Origin: Nitrospirota bacterium
Lineage (GTDB): Bacteria > JACPQY01
Length of the DNA: 64,000 nt
Assembly: GCA_016180645.1 (NCBI GenBank)
Contig: JACPAV010000002.1
Location: forward strand, 62,001-126,000
Reading direction: 5' to 3'
Below the pieces are notes generated by a model, which searched no databases, was not told the origin of the DNA, and saw only the letters and a list, made by a program, of their open reading frames with translations. Positions 28,181 to 37,667 of the stretch are shown in pieces. A program made the translations under genes and the position numbers. The stretch's first letter is position 1. Every line of letters starts with the position of its first letter.

Positions 28181-31100
28181 ATGGATCACAAGAAAATGTT
28201 CGGAAAATTGTTCGTGACCCTCGCCACGGCGCTGCTTATCGCGGCCTGTGCGAAGAAGGAAGAAACCGCCAAGGTCGGCGGAACCCCCGTCGGCGGGAAA
28301 TGCCCTGCGGGACAGGAACTGAGCGTCGGCGGCACATGCCTGTCGGTTGCGGCCGGCGCGGAAGCCTGCACAGCCGGGCAGATCCGCAATGCCGAAGGCA
28401 AATGCGAACTGAACGCAGACAGCCCGCAGGCCAAAGTGGCCGGAACGGGCGGCGCAGACGCGGCGAAGTCCGTTTCCAACGTCAGCAAAGTGACCACGAA
28501 CCTCGGCGATGCCGGCGCACAAGCGGGCGGTGTCCGGGGTGCTGAAGCCTCCGGCGTGCGCGGCGGCGTCCGCGGCGCGGAACAGGGCGGCGTGCGAGGC
28601 GGCGTGAGAGGCGGAGTCCGAGGCGCGATCGCCCGGGCCAAGAACGCCGCGCCCCGATTGGCAACCGTCTGGGGAGCCCCCAAGCGGCATGCCACCATTT
28701 TCGACTACAAGTATAACGAAACGGACGACAGCGGCACGATCCTCTATTCCGAACAAACCTCCTGCGTTCACGACGACGCGGCCAATACGGTGAAGGAAAC
28801 CTATAAGTACACCGACACCGACCTGACCGAGGAAACGACAACCGTGTACGGCGTGGCCGGCAAGGGCGCGGATTGCGAGCTCAATCGGAATTATGAGACC
28901 AATCCGGACAGCCTGACCTGCGTGGCGGACGACGACGATGTTGCGGCCGTCTACTCGGGCACGACACCGGAATGCCAGCCCATGTTCACCGTCCAAGGAT
29001 TCGATACGGGCGGCGGGGTGGTGTGCTACGGCGAAGCGCCCGTCCGGGGCGCCCGGAAAGCGGCGGCACTGCGCCGGCAGTCCGAAGCGTGCATCAACGG
29101 AGTCACAACCTGCGCGGGCAGCTACTCGGATGCCGCAACGGCCTGTGCCACATCGACCGATCCTCTTACCTGTGCATGCGACGCCGCAGATGACTATGTT
29201 TTCTGTCTCAGCGGCGCCGGCTGCGATGACACCATCATCGGCCCAACAACGGACAGTTTGACGGCCGCCTGTTCCGGTGGAACCATCGACACCGGATCCC
29301 TTGGGGACCTCACGACGGACCTCGGTATCGACACCTCCGATGCAACGTACCTAACCTGCGGTGATCAGTACTGCGACGAGATCGAGGACGACGTGAACTG
29401 CCCCAGCGACTGCGACAATACGACCTGCGGCGACGACGTCTGCGAAATCGACGAATCCTCGAAAAGCTGCTCCTCCGATTGTTCGGCGGGAGAGTCATCC
29501 GTGCTTCCGGAAGGATGCTACGAAGCCGAGGCCTGCGATCCCTTGGGCGACGGAGGCACCGGCGTCTACGGCGACGTCTGCGATCCGCTCATGGCCAGTT
29601 CCTCCTGCAATTGCCAACCCGAAGTCGACACGTCCGACGATGAACACGATGACTTCCTCAAGGTTCAGAGCCACAGCACCAAGACCACCTACGCAGGCGG
29701 GGAATCGGAAGAATTCATCTTCAAGAAGGACGGCGCGGGCGCGGGGACATACTCCCTCGATACCGAGTACACCGATCCAACAGCCACAGGCGACTTCGTG
29801 AAGGAAGACGACGCCGGCATCGACATTAAGGTCGTTGGCACGATGGACTTCCTGTTCGAGCAGGCCGTGGATGAGGTCATGGGCCGAATCCTGGCCGTCT
29901 GCTACGATCCCGATCTGGCGACTCTCAAGAGCGTCGTCTCCAAGGCCTGCACGGCCCTCTCGGCCATCGACACCGTACCGGATGATGCCATCATGAGCTA
30001 CGTGGACGGCTTGATCGACGCCTACTGCGCGGTCTCTACGCTTTCCGATACGAATGATTTCTGCACCGCGTGGAAAGGGGACGGCGAAGACCTCGTGCTC
30101 GGCACGGACGAGCACACCTTGTACGCGGACGGAACCGACATTCTCGAGGAATGGGATCCGGAAAAACCGTGCGCGGACGATCCGGCCTCAGCGGCGTCCT
30201 GCGACACGGTCGGCGGAAAGCAATCCGAGACGATCAAGTTCCCCGCGAACGATCCCAGCGGGCTGACGGAGAGCGTCGAAACCATTTCGTACACCCAAGA
30301 CTCTACCGGCAAGAATGGGTCCGATACCTGGGTGGAATCCCTCAAGTATGCGGACGGCAGCTCCAGCAGCGAAAAGCAAACCCAGTCCTGGGAGCTGATC
30401 AAGAAAGTGAAGTTCCGGGAGATCACCAAAGGGTCCGGCAGCTCCTCCGAATCTCACAAGGACGCGAAGGGCCTTGAGGACAAGGAATGCTCGGTCTACT
30501 CGTGGGACGAGGAGAAGGGCGAAGGCTCCGTCAAAGGCGCGGACAAGTATGCCAACGGCGCCGTCGAGGAGGAGTCCTACTCTGACCAACCCGCAAAGAA
30601 GGAGAGCTCCTACTCCTCCAAGCAGTATTCAAAGGGAGAGGTCGACCTCGACAAGTGCACCGTCACCGTCGCCCCAGGCGACATCCTCGAAGGCAACTCC
30701 TCCGCCCTGAAGGCCACCGAGGTCACCATCGAGGGCAAGAAGCGCCCCGCCGCGGAGGTCTCGTACTCCAACCTCACCAAAGGCGGTGTGGAGAAGGACA
30801 AAGGCACGTTCACCAGCGCCTGCGCCTGCTCCGACCCGAAAGAGGACAAGACCTGCAAGGAGAAACGCAATCCGCCTCCGGGAGCCAAGAGCTGCACCGT
30901 TCTGAACGAAGGCAGCGGCAAAGACACGGACGGCAGCACCTACAGCTTCAAGGAGACGAAGAAAGCGGACAAGACCTCAGAACTTGAAGGCACCTGGAAA
31001 TCGGCCAGTGGTTCCGATTCCGCCACCTACAAGCTCTCGGTCGACCCCCAAGGCAATACCAGAGGCACGGTGACCCAGGGAAGCCTGGAGCTTGAGGTCA

Positions 31101-31228
31101 ATATCAAGAAAGACGGCACCGGCACCCTCACGATCAAGGCACCGGGTGATTCCGGGATGGCCGTCGGCGATGTGATCCAACTGAATCCCGGCGACTTCGC
31201 GAAGGCCTCCGCCCGGCGCCGCGCCTAG
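28181..31228 (+). CDS. Large Cys/Asp-rich lipoprotein of unknown function with (GVRG)6 and CGDxxC repeats
   Basis: AAGGAGG RBS before ATG 28181; lipobox IAAC; CGDQYC..NCPSDC and CGDDVC..SCSSDC repeats; terminator follows. Confidence 0.85.
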   Translation: MDHKKMFGKLFVTLATALLIAACAKKEETAKVGGTPVGGKCPAGQELSVGGTCLSVAAGAEACTAGQIRNAEGKCELNADSPQAKVAGTGGADAAKSVSNVSKVTTNLGDAGAQAGGVRGAEASGVRGGVRGAEQGGVRGGVRGGVRGAIARAKNAAPRLATVWGAPKRHATIFDYKYNETDDSGTILYSEQTSCVHDDAANTVKETYKYTDTDLTEETTTVYGVAGKGADCELNRNYETNPDSLTCVADDDDVAAVYSGTTPECQPMFTVQGFDTGGGVVCYGEAPVRGARKAAALRRQSEACINGVTTCAGSYSDAATACATSTDPLTCACDAADDYVFCLSGAGCDDTIIGPTTDSLTAACSGGTIDTGSLGDLTTDLGIDTSDATYLTCGDQYCDEIEDDVNCPSDCDNTTCGDDVCEIDESSKSCSSDCSAGESSVLPEGCYEAEACDPLGDGGTGVYGDVCDPLMASSSCNCQPEVDTSDDEHDDFLKVQSHSTKTTYAGGESEEFIFKKDGAGAGTYSLDTEYTDPTATGDFVKEDDAGIDIKVVGTMDFLFEQAVDEVMGRILAVCYDPDLATLKSVVSKACTALSAIDTVPDDAIMSYVDGLIDAYCAVSTLSDTNDFCTAWKGDGEDLVLGTDEHTLYADGTDILEEWDPEKPCADDPASAASCDTVGGKQSETIKFPANDPSGLTESVETISYTQDSTGKNGSDTWVESLKYADGSSSSEKQTQSWELIKKVKFREITKGSGSSSESHKDAKGLEDKECSVYSWDEEKGEGSVKGADKYANGAVEEESYSDQPAKKESSYSSKQYSKGEVDLDKCTVTVAPGDILEGNSSALKATEVTIEGKKRPAAEVSYSNLTKGGVEKDKGTFTSACACSDPKEDKTCKEKRNPPPGAKSCTVLNEGSGKDTDGSTYSFKETKKADKTSELEGTWKSASGSDSATYKLSVDPQGNTRGTVTQGSLELEVNIKKDGTGTLTIKAPGDSGMAVGDVIQLNPGDFAKASARRRA

Positions 31229-31252
31229 ACGCTGCCTCTGAGAGAATCACAA

Positions 31253-31293
31253 ATCCCTCGATTCGGCTTCGGTCGGATCGGGGGGTTTTTTTT
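31253..31293 (+). terminator. Rho-independent terminator
   Basis: Stem ATCCCTCGATTCGGC-TTCG-GTCGGATCGGGGGG followed by a run of 8 T. Confidence 0.85.
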
Positions 31294-31321
31294 CACCCCT
31301 GTCTGTACTAAGCTTCGGCCC

Positions 31322-32740
31322 GTGCGAAACGACACGATCGTGGCCATCTCAACTCCCCCCGGAATCGGCGCCCTCGGCATCGTGCGTCTCAGCGGACCGG
31401 AGGCATTGGATATCGCAGCAAGATCCTTCGATCCCGTTGGGGCGAGGCATGCCTCGCCCCTACAGCCCCGCCACGCCCACTTCGGCCGCCTCGTCGATCA
31501 TGACACGGGTGAAACCGTCGACGAGGGCATTCTAACCTGGTTCCCCGCCCCCAACTCCTACACGGGGGAAGACGTCGTGGAAATGTCTCTCCACGGAAAT
31601 CCCCTCATTCTCGAAAAGGCCGTCGGTCTCCTCTGCCGACTCGGTGCCCGATCCGCCTCACCCGGTGAATTCACCCGTCGGGCCTTCTTGAACGGCAAGA
31701 TCGATCTGGCGCAGTCTGAGGCCGTGGCCGATATCATCGGGGCGTCCAGCGAAGCAGCCCTGCGGGCGGCGCGACGCGTGAAACAGGGGGATCTCTCCCG
31801 CGAGGTCGCCAACTTGAGGGAAGAGATCATCGCCGCGCTCGGATATACCGAAGCCGTGATCGATTTCGCCGAGGAACCGGACGTGCAGGAACACGCACGG
31901 GTCGATATCGAAACTCGACTGAAGAAGTGCGAATCGATGATTACTGGACTCCTCGCGCTCCACGGAAAGGCGCGACGACTCAGGGAGGGATCCATCGCCC
32001 TCCTGGCCGGAGAACCCAACGTGGGGAAATCCAGCCTCATGAACCGCCTCACGGGTCGCGACGTCTCCATCGTCCATCCGACTCCCGGGACCACCCGTGA
32101 TGTGGTGCGAGAATGGATTGAGATGGACGGCTTCCCCGTCGAACTCCACGACACCGCCGGCCTCCGCCCCACCTCCCACCTCTCGCCTCTCACCTCTCAC
32201 GACGAGATCGAATCCCAAGGGATCGCCAGGACGAAAGACCTCTTCGATCAGGCCGACCTCATCGTCTGGGTGCTGGACGCCAGTGCGCCAAGAGGCGTTC
32301 GTTCCGTCGAGGAATTCGCCCAATGGATGAACCAGGCCAACGGCTCGCTCGCCCGAAGCATTTTCGTATTGAATAAGTCGGATCTGGGCAGCACCGTCGA
32401 TCTCTCATGGCTCCCCTCGCCGTCCACAGACGTCGTCCGCGTTTCCGCACTCACCGGCGAAGGTGTCGGAAACCTGCGGAGGGCCTTGGGGGAGAAGCTG
32501 GCCTCCGGAATTCAGTCCAACTCCGAGATGCTCCTTCTGCGACCCCGGCATGTCCAGTCCCTGGAGATGGCCCGTGCCTCCATCCAGGAATGCCGGAACC
32601 GGCCTCTCGGCGAAACCGCGCCGGACCTCCTCGCCATCGACCTGCGCGAAGCGGTGGCACACCTCGACGAAATCACCGGCACGATCTCCACCGAAGATCT
32701 TCTGGACCGTGTATTCTCCGATTTCTGCGTGGGCAAGTGA
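31322..32740 (+). CDS. mnmE: tRNA modification GTPase MnmE/TrmE
   Basis: DTIVAISTPPG, SYTGEDVVE, GEFTRRAFLNGK, GEPNVGKSSL, GTTRD, DTAG, NKSD and terminal FCVGK. Confidence 0.98.
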   Translation: MRNDTIVAISTPPGIGALGIVRLSGPEALDIAARSFDPVGARHASPLQPRHAHFGRLVDHDTGETVDEGILTWFPAPNSYTGEDVVEMSLHGNPLILEKAVGLLCRLGARSASPGEFTRRAFLNGKIDLAQSEAVADIIGASSEAALRAARRVKQGDLSREVANLREEIIAALGYTEAVIDFAEEPDVQEHARVDIETRLKKCESMITGLLALHGKARRLREGSIALLAGEPNVGKSSLMNRLTGRDVSIVHPTPGTTRDVVREWIEMDGFPVELHDTAGLRPTSHLSPLTSHDEIESQGIARTKDLFDQADLIVWVLDASAPRGVRSVEEFAQWMNQANGSLARSIFVLNKSDLGSTVDLSWLPSPSTDVVRVSALTGEGVGNLRRALGEKLASGIQSNSEMLLLRPRHVQSLEMARASIQECRNRPLGETAPDLLAIDLREAVAHLDEITGTISTEDLLDRVFSDFCVGK

Positions 32741-32783
32741 GGAGCGTGAACCCGTGAACCGGACGGGATCGCACGATCATGCG

Positions 32784-33590
32784 ATGGCGCGTTCCAGGTC
32801 TTTCGGTCTCACAGGCTCACGGGCTCACGGGCTCACGTGCATCCTACTGTTCACTGTTCACTGTTCACTGTTCACTTCCTCCTGCGCCTGGTCGAGGAAG
32901 AGTACCCGCGATGGCTCAGGGCCTGCCGCGGAATCCAGCCCCGAGCCGGCCGCTCCCCGGCGCGCCCTCGTGGTCGATTTCGAAGCCGACCCCCGGGAAC
33001 GTGAGGCAGTCCTGGCTTCCTTGAAATCGATCCAAGGCCTCCAAATTGAAGAGATCAAGTCCTCCAGCCTGTCGGATCGGACGCTCCTGTACTTCAAGCC
33101 CGATTCGAAAGACGATGCCGGTCGACTCATGGCCCGCACCAAGGGCGCCATGGCCATCGACTCCATGCCCTGGGGAGGGCCTTACGACATGGTCGTCTTC
33201 CTAAGGAGCAAAGGCTCGGCCGCGGCCAAACCCGATATCCCGCCGCCCGCGCCCAAGCCCGCGCCTCCAAGCTCGGAAGTCGTGTACTACGTCACGGCAC
33301 AAAAGTACTTCCGGATCGCCCAGCATCAGGCCACCCCGGAAGGAACCGTCACGCTCACCATCGAAAAATCCGGGGACAGCCAGAAATGCTTTCCCAAGGT
33401 GACCCTCCGGGCCATGACGGAAGACCGGCAGGTTGTTTCCGAGGACACGATCAAGGCAGAATCCTTCCTGACCGCCCTCGTGGGCTACCGGGAAGATCTC
33501 AAGCTCTCCTACCCGCCCGAGCCGCGGGTGAAAAACCTGCAAATCGAAATCAAGGCATACGACGAGAAGGGTTCGATCATCCTGAACTGA
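32784..33590 (+). CDS. Putative lipoprotein, possible LytR_C-like domain
   Basis: Signal peptide ending TSSC, built partly from micro-repeats; TLLYFKP..AGRL...YDMVVFL resembles LytR_C. Confidence 0.6.
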   Translation: MARSRSFGLTGSRAHGLTCILLFTVHCSLFTSSCAWSRKSTRDGSGPAAESSPEPAAPRRALVVDFEADPREREAVLASLKSIQGLQIEEIKSSSLSDRTLLYFKPDSKDDAGRLMARTKGAMAIDSMPWGGPYDMVVFLRSKGSAAAKPDIPPPAPKPAPPSSEVVYYVTAQKYFRIAQHQATPEGTVTLTIEKSGDSQKCFPKVTLRAMTEDRQVVSEDTIKAESFLTALVGYREDLKLSYPPEPRVKNLQIEIKAYDEKGSIILN

Positions 33591-33747
33591 GCGGTCAGCA
33601 CTCTGCCTTCAGCAATCAGCTTGGGAGCAGCTAAAGCTGCTCCCCTACGGGTTGCCGCCGAATGCTCCGTAGGGGAGGACCTTTAGGTCCTCCCTTCTGC
33701 TCCCCTACACGCCCAGGCTGAAAGCTGATTGCTGATGGCTGAAAGCT
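33590..33747. repeat. Composite intergenic element: REP hairpins nested in inverted heptamer repeats
   Basis: TCAGCnn-type heptamers (33590-33620) and GCTGAnn heptamers (33717-33747) flank GGGAGCAGC-TAAA-GCTGCTCCC-CTAC and GTAG-GGGAGGACC-TTTA-GGTCCTCCC, between convergent genes. Confidence 0.75.
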
Positions 33748-36355
33748 ATTCCAGCCCTACCGGTCCTAGGAAGAAAAACGGCCCTGCCTCAAAGTCAAGA
33801 TTCAATAGAGAGGCCGGAGCGGCCACCAGAGTCTTGAGGAAGCTGCGCAACGCCTTCGGACGCGGCCACTCCACCACGCGAAGATCCGCATCCTCCGGGA
33901 TTCCGGCCTTTTCACGCGCCAGATCCAGGCTTTCGAGCAGTCCCCCCTCCCGGTCCACGAGCCCGCGCTCGCGGGCCTGCCGCCCCGTCCACACCCGGCC
34001 CCCGGCCAAACCTTCCAGCGCCCCGGCTTCGAGGCCGCGGCCCTCCCGAACTTTGTCCAGAAATACCCCGTACCACGCATCCACGCCCTTCTGAACCTCC
34101 TTCACCTGCTCCGGCGTGAGAAGCGTCACATCCGACTCGACATCGGCATGACGCCCCCGCTTGAGAATCTGCTTTGTGATGCCCAATTTCTCATACAATC
34201 CCTTGAGCACGAACTTCCCGTAGAACACTCCGATGGATCCGGTGATCGTCGCGCCGTCCGCGAGGACCGGCCGGGCGCCCATCGACAAATAGTACGCACC
34301 GGACGCACCAACGCTCCCCATGGAGACGACCACCGGCTTTTTCTGCGAAAGCCGCCGAACCGCCGCCCAGATCTGATCGGAGGCGAAAACATCCCCTCCG
34401 GGACTGTTCACGCGGAGCACCACCGCCCGCACGCTCCTCGCGCCTTCCAATCTCCGGAGCACCGCCACCATCGAATCCGCGAAGGTCGCCGCCGATGTGA
34501 AGAACGGGAATCTCCCTCCTTCGCCTCGGGCCAAGACTCCTGAGACATAAACCACGGCGATGGTTTCCGGGGCGGCCCAACTTTCGCCCGATTCGTACTC
34601 CGCCTTCACCCGGGCTTCATCCCAAACGCGCGATCGGCTTCCGACACCCTGCCGCACCTGCTGCTGGGCCTCCTCCCATGTGGACGTCCCGTCGACAAGA
34701 CCTTCGTCCACGGCCTCCTGCGCGCTCAGAAAACCCCGGTCCACCAACGCTGCGACTTTTTCGCGGGACAGCCTTCGCCCCTCGGCAATTCCCTCCACCA
34801 TCTGGTCGAACAGGTCCCCCAGCATGGAGTCGAGGTTCTCCCTATGCTTGGGTGAAAACTCCTTTTCGGTGAACTGTTCCGGCGCCCCTTTGTATTCGCC
34901 CGCGCGCACGAACTGGGGCACCACGCCCAGCCAGTCCAACGTGCCCTTGAAAAACATCCCTTCGATTTTCAATCCCAGTAGCTCCAAGTGCCCGTGGGGA
35001 TAGAGGAGGATTCGGTCCGCCGCCGTCGCCAGGTAGTACTCCTTCAAGGCGAACGCTTCGAGATACGCCACGACGGTCTTCCCTTTCTTCCTCAGCGCTC
35101 CCATGAGCGAGCGGATTTCCTGTAGCCGCCCCAGGTCCACGTTGAGGGAGCGAATTCGGAGAAGTACAGTGTGGACTTCCTCATTCTCCGCCAAGCGCCT
35201 GATCCGCGCCGCGAACTCGAGAAAATGGTCCCGTTCATCGAAGAGAAACGAGACCGCGCGCTGGTCGGGCAGTTCGGAGGGGACGAGAATCTCCGCCACC
35301 GCATTCTTCTCAAAGAGGGAATCCTCATGGGCCGCGCCGTGCAGATGGAGCATCGCCAACGCGGGAGTGATCGCCGTCTCGGAACCTCCCGGACCCGAGG
35401 CGGCCGTCGCCATCGCCTGGTAGCCGACACGCGCATGACGGGTCTTCAGAAGAAAACCCAACAACATGGTCTTGCGTTCAAGACCGTCGTCCGTTCGGAA
35501 TCCGGATTGGAGATGCACTCCGGGCTTGAGAACCTGGTCCCAGCCGAGGTCGAGGACCCCGATCGACGACCGTGCACCCTTCACGCCGGTGAACATCTGT
35601 TGCCAATCCGCCGTCACCGTGGTGAGGCTCTTGAAGGGCCGGACCCCCACGCCGATCCTAGGGCTGACCTCGATCGGTTGTTTCGGGTACTCGTCTTTCG
35701 TGTTGGCAAGCCTGAAGTTTGAATCGGCGCGATCGATCGGGACCAACCCCCGGCCGTTCTGACTGCCGAGGTTATAAAGCGCGAGGCCGACGGACACACG
35801 AGGCGCGCGGTAGAGGACACCCAAGTCCACCAACCCCAATCGATCAAGGCCATGGCCGGTCCCGCCGTCCACGGCATGGAACGACAAGCCATAGTGAAAC
35901 CGATTGGCTCCGAAGCCAAGACCGATTGAACCTTTGATCAATGAGTTGGGCAAGTCCCCCGAGGATCCGGTTTCGGGCGCCCCCCCCTCCTCCGGCTGAG
36001 AAACTTCAGTTCCACCGCCAGGCAGATCCGCCGTCGATCTGTCCATCCTCTGCGCGGAAACTCCCAGGGGACCGCTGTGCATCAGGAGACCGAACCGATT
36101 CCCTCCGCCCTCCGCGGGTGGCCGATTATAGAAGAAGGATGTATTCCATCCCGGCCCCACGCCCAGGCCCGCCGGGTTCATTTCGAGGAGATTCGACGCC
36201 TCCGGATAGGCCACCGACGCGGGGAAAAACATCGCGCCCTCACTCCGGGGATCCAGCGGAGCTGCCCGCACGGGCACCGTGATGAGTGAACAGTGAAGTG
36301 TGATGAGAAAAATCAGGATCCGCAATTCTCGCCGGGGTTTCACTTCACTCTTCAC
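33746..36355 (-). CDS. sppA: Signal peptide peptidase SppA, long form with N-terminal beta-barrel-like region and two S49 domains
   Basis: YYLATAADRI, GEYKGAPE, LRVNSPGG, SMGSVGASGAYY, TITGSIGV and GRVWTG; the N-terminal ~350 aa follow a signal peptide and contain NPAGL and beta-strand patterns. Confidence 0.9.
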   Translation of the reverse strand: MKSEVKPRRELRILIFLITLHCSLITVPVRAAPLDPRSEGAMFFPASVAYPEASNLLEMNPAGLGVGPGWNTSFFYNRPPAEGGGNRFGLLMHSGPLGVSAQRMDRSTADLPGGGTEVSQPEEGGAPETGSSGDLPNSLIKGSIGLGFGANRFHYGLSFHAVDGGTGHGLDRLGLVDLGVLYRAPRVSVGLALYNLGSQNGRGLVPIDRADSNFRLANTKDEYPKQPIEVSPRIGVGVRPFKSLTTVTADWQQMFTGVKGARSSIGVLDLGWDQVLKPGVHLQSGFRTDDGLERKTMLLGFLLKTRHARVGYQAMATAASGPGGSETAITPALAMLHLHGAAHEDSLFEKNAVAEILVPSELPDQRAVSFLFDERDHFLEFAARIRRLAENEEVHTVLLRIRSLNVDLGRLQEIRSLMGALRKKGKTVVAYLEAFALKEYYLATAADRILLYPHGHLELLGLKIEGMFFKGTLDWLGVVPQFVRAGEYKGAPEQFTEKEFSPKHRENLDSMLGDLFDQMVEGIAEGRRLSREKVAALVDRGFLSAQEAVDEGLVDGTSTWEEAQQQVRQGVGSRSRVWDEARVKAEYESGESWAAPETIAVVYVSGVLARGEGGRFPFFTSAATFADSMVAVLRRLEGARSVRAVVLRVNSPGGDVFASDQIWAAVRRLSQKKPVVVSMGSVGASGAYYLSMGARPVLADGATITGSIGVFYGKFVLKGLYEKLGITKQILKRGRHADVESDVTLLTPEQVKEVQKGVDAWYGVFLDKVREGRGLEAGALEGLAGGRVWTGRQARERGLVDREGGLLESLDLAREKAGIPEDADLRVVEWPRPKALRSFLKTLVAAPASLLNLDFEAGPFFFLGPVGLE

Positions 36356-36372
36356 CCATCACTCCTCACAAC

Positions 36373-37140
36373 CTACAGCGCCCTCGCCACGGTGACGGCC
36401 TCCACGCGAGCCGCCCCGGCAGCCTTCAACGTCCTCGCGCACTCCGAGAGCGTGGCGCCCGTCGTCATCACGTCGTCCACCATCAATATCCGCCGACCGT
36501 CGAAACGACCACGCTCCGCTTGGAAGGCCCCGCGCAGGCTGCGCTCCCGTTCTTCGCGAGGGAGGGAGGATTGCGGCGGGGTTCGTCGGACCTTTCTCAA
36601 CCCGGTTCGCTCCACCCGGACTCCAACGGCTCGGGAAAGTTCTTCGGCCAGGAGGGCCGTCTGGTTGTACCCCCGCTCGATCAGCTTGAATCGATGCAGG
36701 GGAACCGGCACGATCGCGTCGAGGCGGCGCGGAGCCTCCGAGAGAATGTCGCTCTCCGTCAACAGCGTCTCGGAAAAGAAGAATCGCAGCCCGCTCCTGC
36801 CGTGGAACTTGAAATCAAGTATGGCGGACTGCACCGGTTCTTCGTAGACGAAAACAGATCGGACCCGGTCAAAGTGCGGTGGATCCTTCAGGCATCTCAT
36901 GCACCGATGTTCGGCCGATGCGCTGTCCGGAAAAGGCTGCCCGCACTGGATACACCTTGGCTCCGGCACGTGCCGCATGGCCGCGGTGCAGGTCGGACAG
37001 ATCCCGCCGCCGGAGTCCGCTTCGAGCAGCATCACGCAGACACCGCAACGCGGTGGGAAAAACAGGGCAATCAGGCTCCGCACCGATCGATCGACGCCTC
37101 CCCAGACTCCGGCGCGGGGGACCACAACCCCAAGTTCCAT
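36373..37140 (-). CDS. comF: ComF family protein (double Zn ribbon + PRTase)
   Basis: FPPRCGVC, CPTC, CIQCG, CMRC; VPVPLH, RGYNQ and VDDVMTTGAT. Confidence 0.93.
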   Translation of the reverse strand: MELGVVVPRAGVWGGVDRSVRSLIALFFPPRCGVCVMLLEADSGGGICPTCTAAMRHVPEPRCIQCGQPFPDSASAEHRCMRCLKDPPHFDRVRSVFVYEEPVQSAILDFKFHGRSGLRFFFSETLLTESDILSEAPRRLDAIVPVPLHRFKLIERGYNQTALLAEELSRAVGVRVERTGLRKVRRTPPQSSLPREERERSLRGAFQAERGRFDGRRILMVDDVMTTGATLSECARTLKAAGAARVEAVTVARAL

Positions 37141-37222
37141 GCCGCAGTGTTACCAAATGGAGGAATGGCTGGCAAACGGCTCTCTGCCCGCCGTCCGATG
37201 TGACGGCACACAGCCTTTTTTG

Positions 37223-37251
37223 TTGACACGTTGAACAAAAGGAAGTAAACT
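37223..37251 (+). promoter_or_regulatory. Sigma70-like promoter for the PqqD-to-S26 gene run
   Basis: TTGACA-N17-TAAACT, 8 nt before GTG 37260. Confidence 0.7.
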
Positions 37252-37259
37252 TAGAAAAT

Positions 37260-37538
37260 GTGAAGGGCTCTAAGCTCGGAAAAATCTCCTATCATCCAGA
37301 GATTGCGTTCAGAATCATCGACGGCGAGGCGGTTGTCATCACTCCGAAAGATGGTGTGATGCACACACTCAACCACGTAGGCACCGCGCTCTGGAAGATG
37401 CTGGAAAAGAAACCGACAAGGAATGATCTCGTGGACTCACTTGTCGAGGCGTACGAAGTCACCCCCGCTGCGGCGAGGAAGGATGTCGATGGCTTCGTCG
37501 CGGAGTTGATGTCGAAAGGATTGGTGCTGGTGGAGTGA
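37260..37538 (+). CDS. PqqD-family protein (RiPP recognition element fold)
   Basis: RIIDGEAVVI, LNHVGTALW and YEV...ARKDVDGFVAELMSKGLV. Confidence 0.9.
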   Translation: MKGSKLGKISYHPEIAFRIIDGEAVVITPKDGVMHTLNHVGTALWKMLEKKPTRNDLVDSLVEAYEVTPAAARKDVDGFVAELMSKGLVLVE

Positions 37539-37667
37539 CGAGGCAATCGTGTGCGTATCGATTCCTTTCCTCGCCCTTGGAGCGATGCGGAAAGGACGAT
37601 TGAGGGCGCAGATGGGTCGACGACAGGCGGCGGATCCTCGCCGCAATCGGGAGCAGGGCTAGGCCCC

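Noticed and set aside
1621-32740. Replication origin near mnmG/mnmE
   Set aside because: The genes are 28 kb apart, without rsmG, parAB or dnaA, and no DnaA-box cluster was seen.
37260-37538. PQQ biosynthesis or lasso peptide cluster
   Set aside because: No pqqA/B/C/E, lasso cyclase, transglutaminase-like B2 or evident precursor peptide nearby, so no pqqD symbol was assigned.
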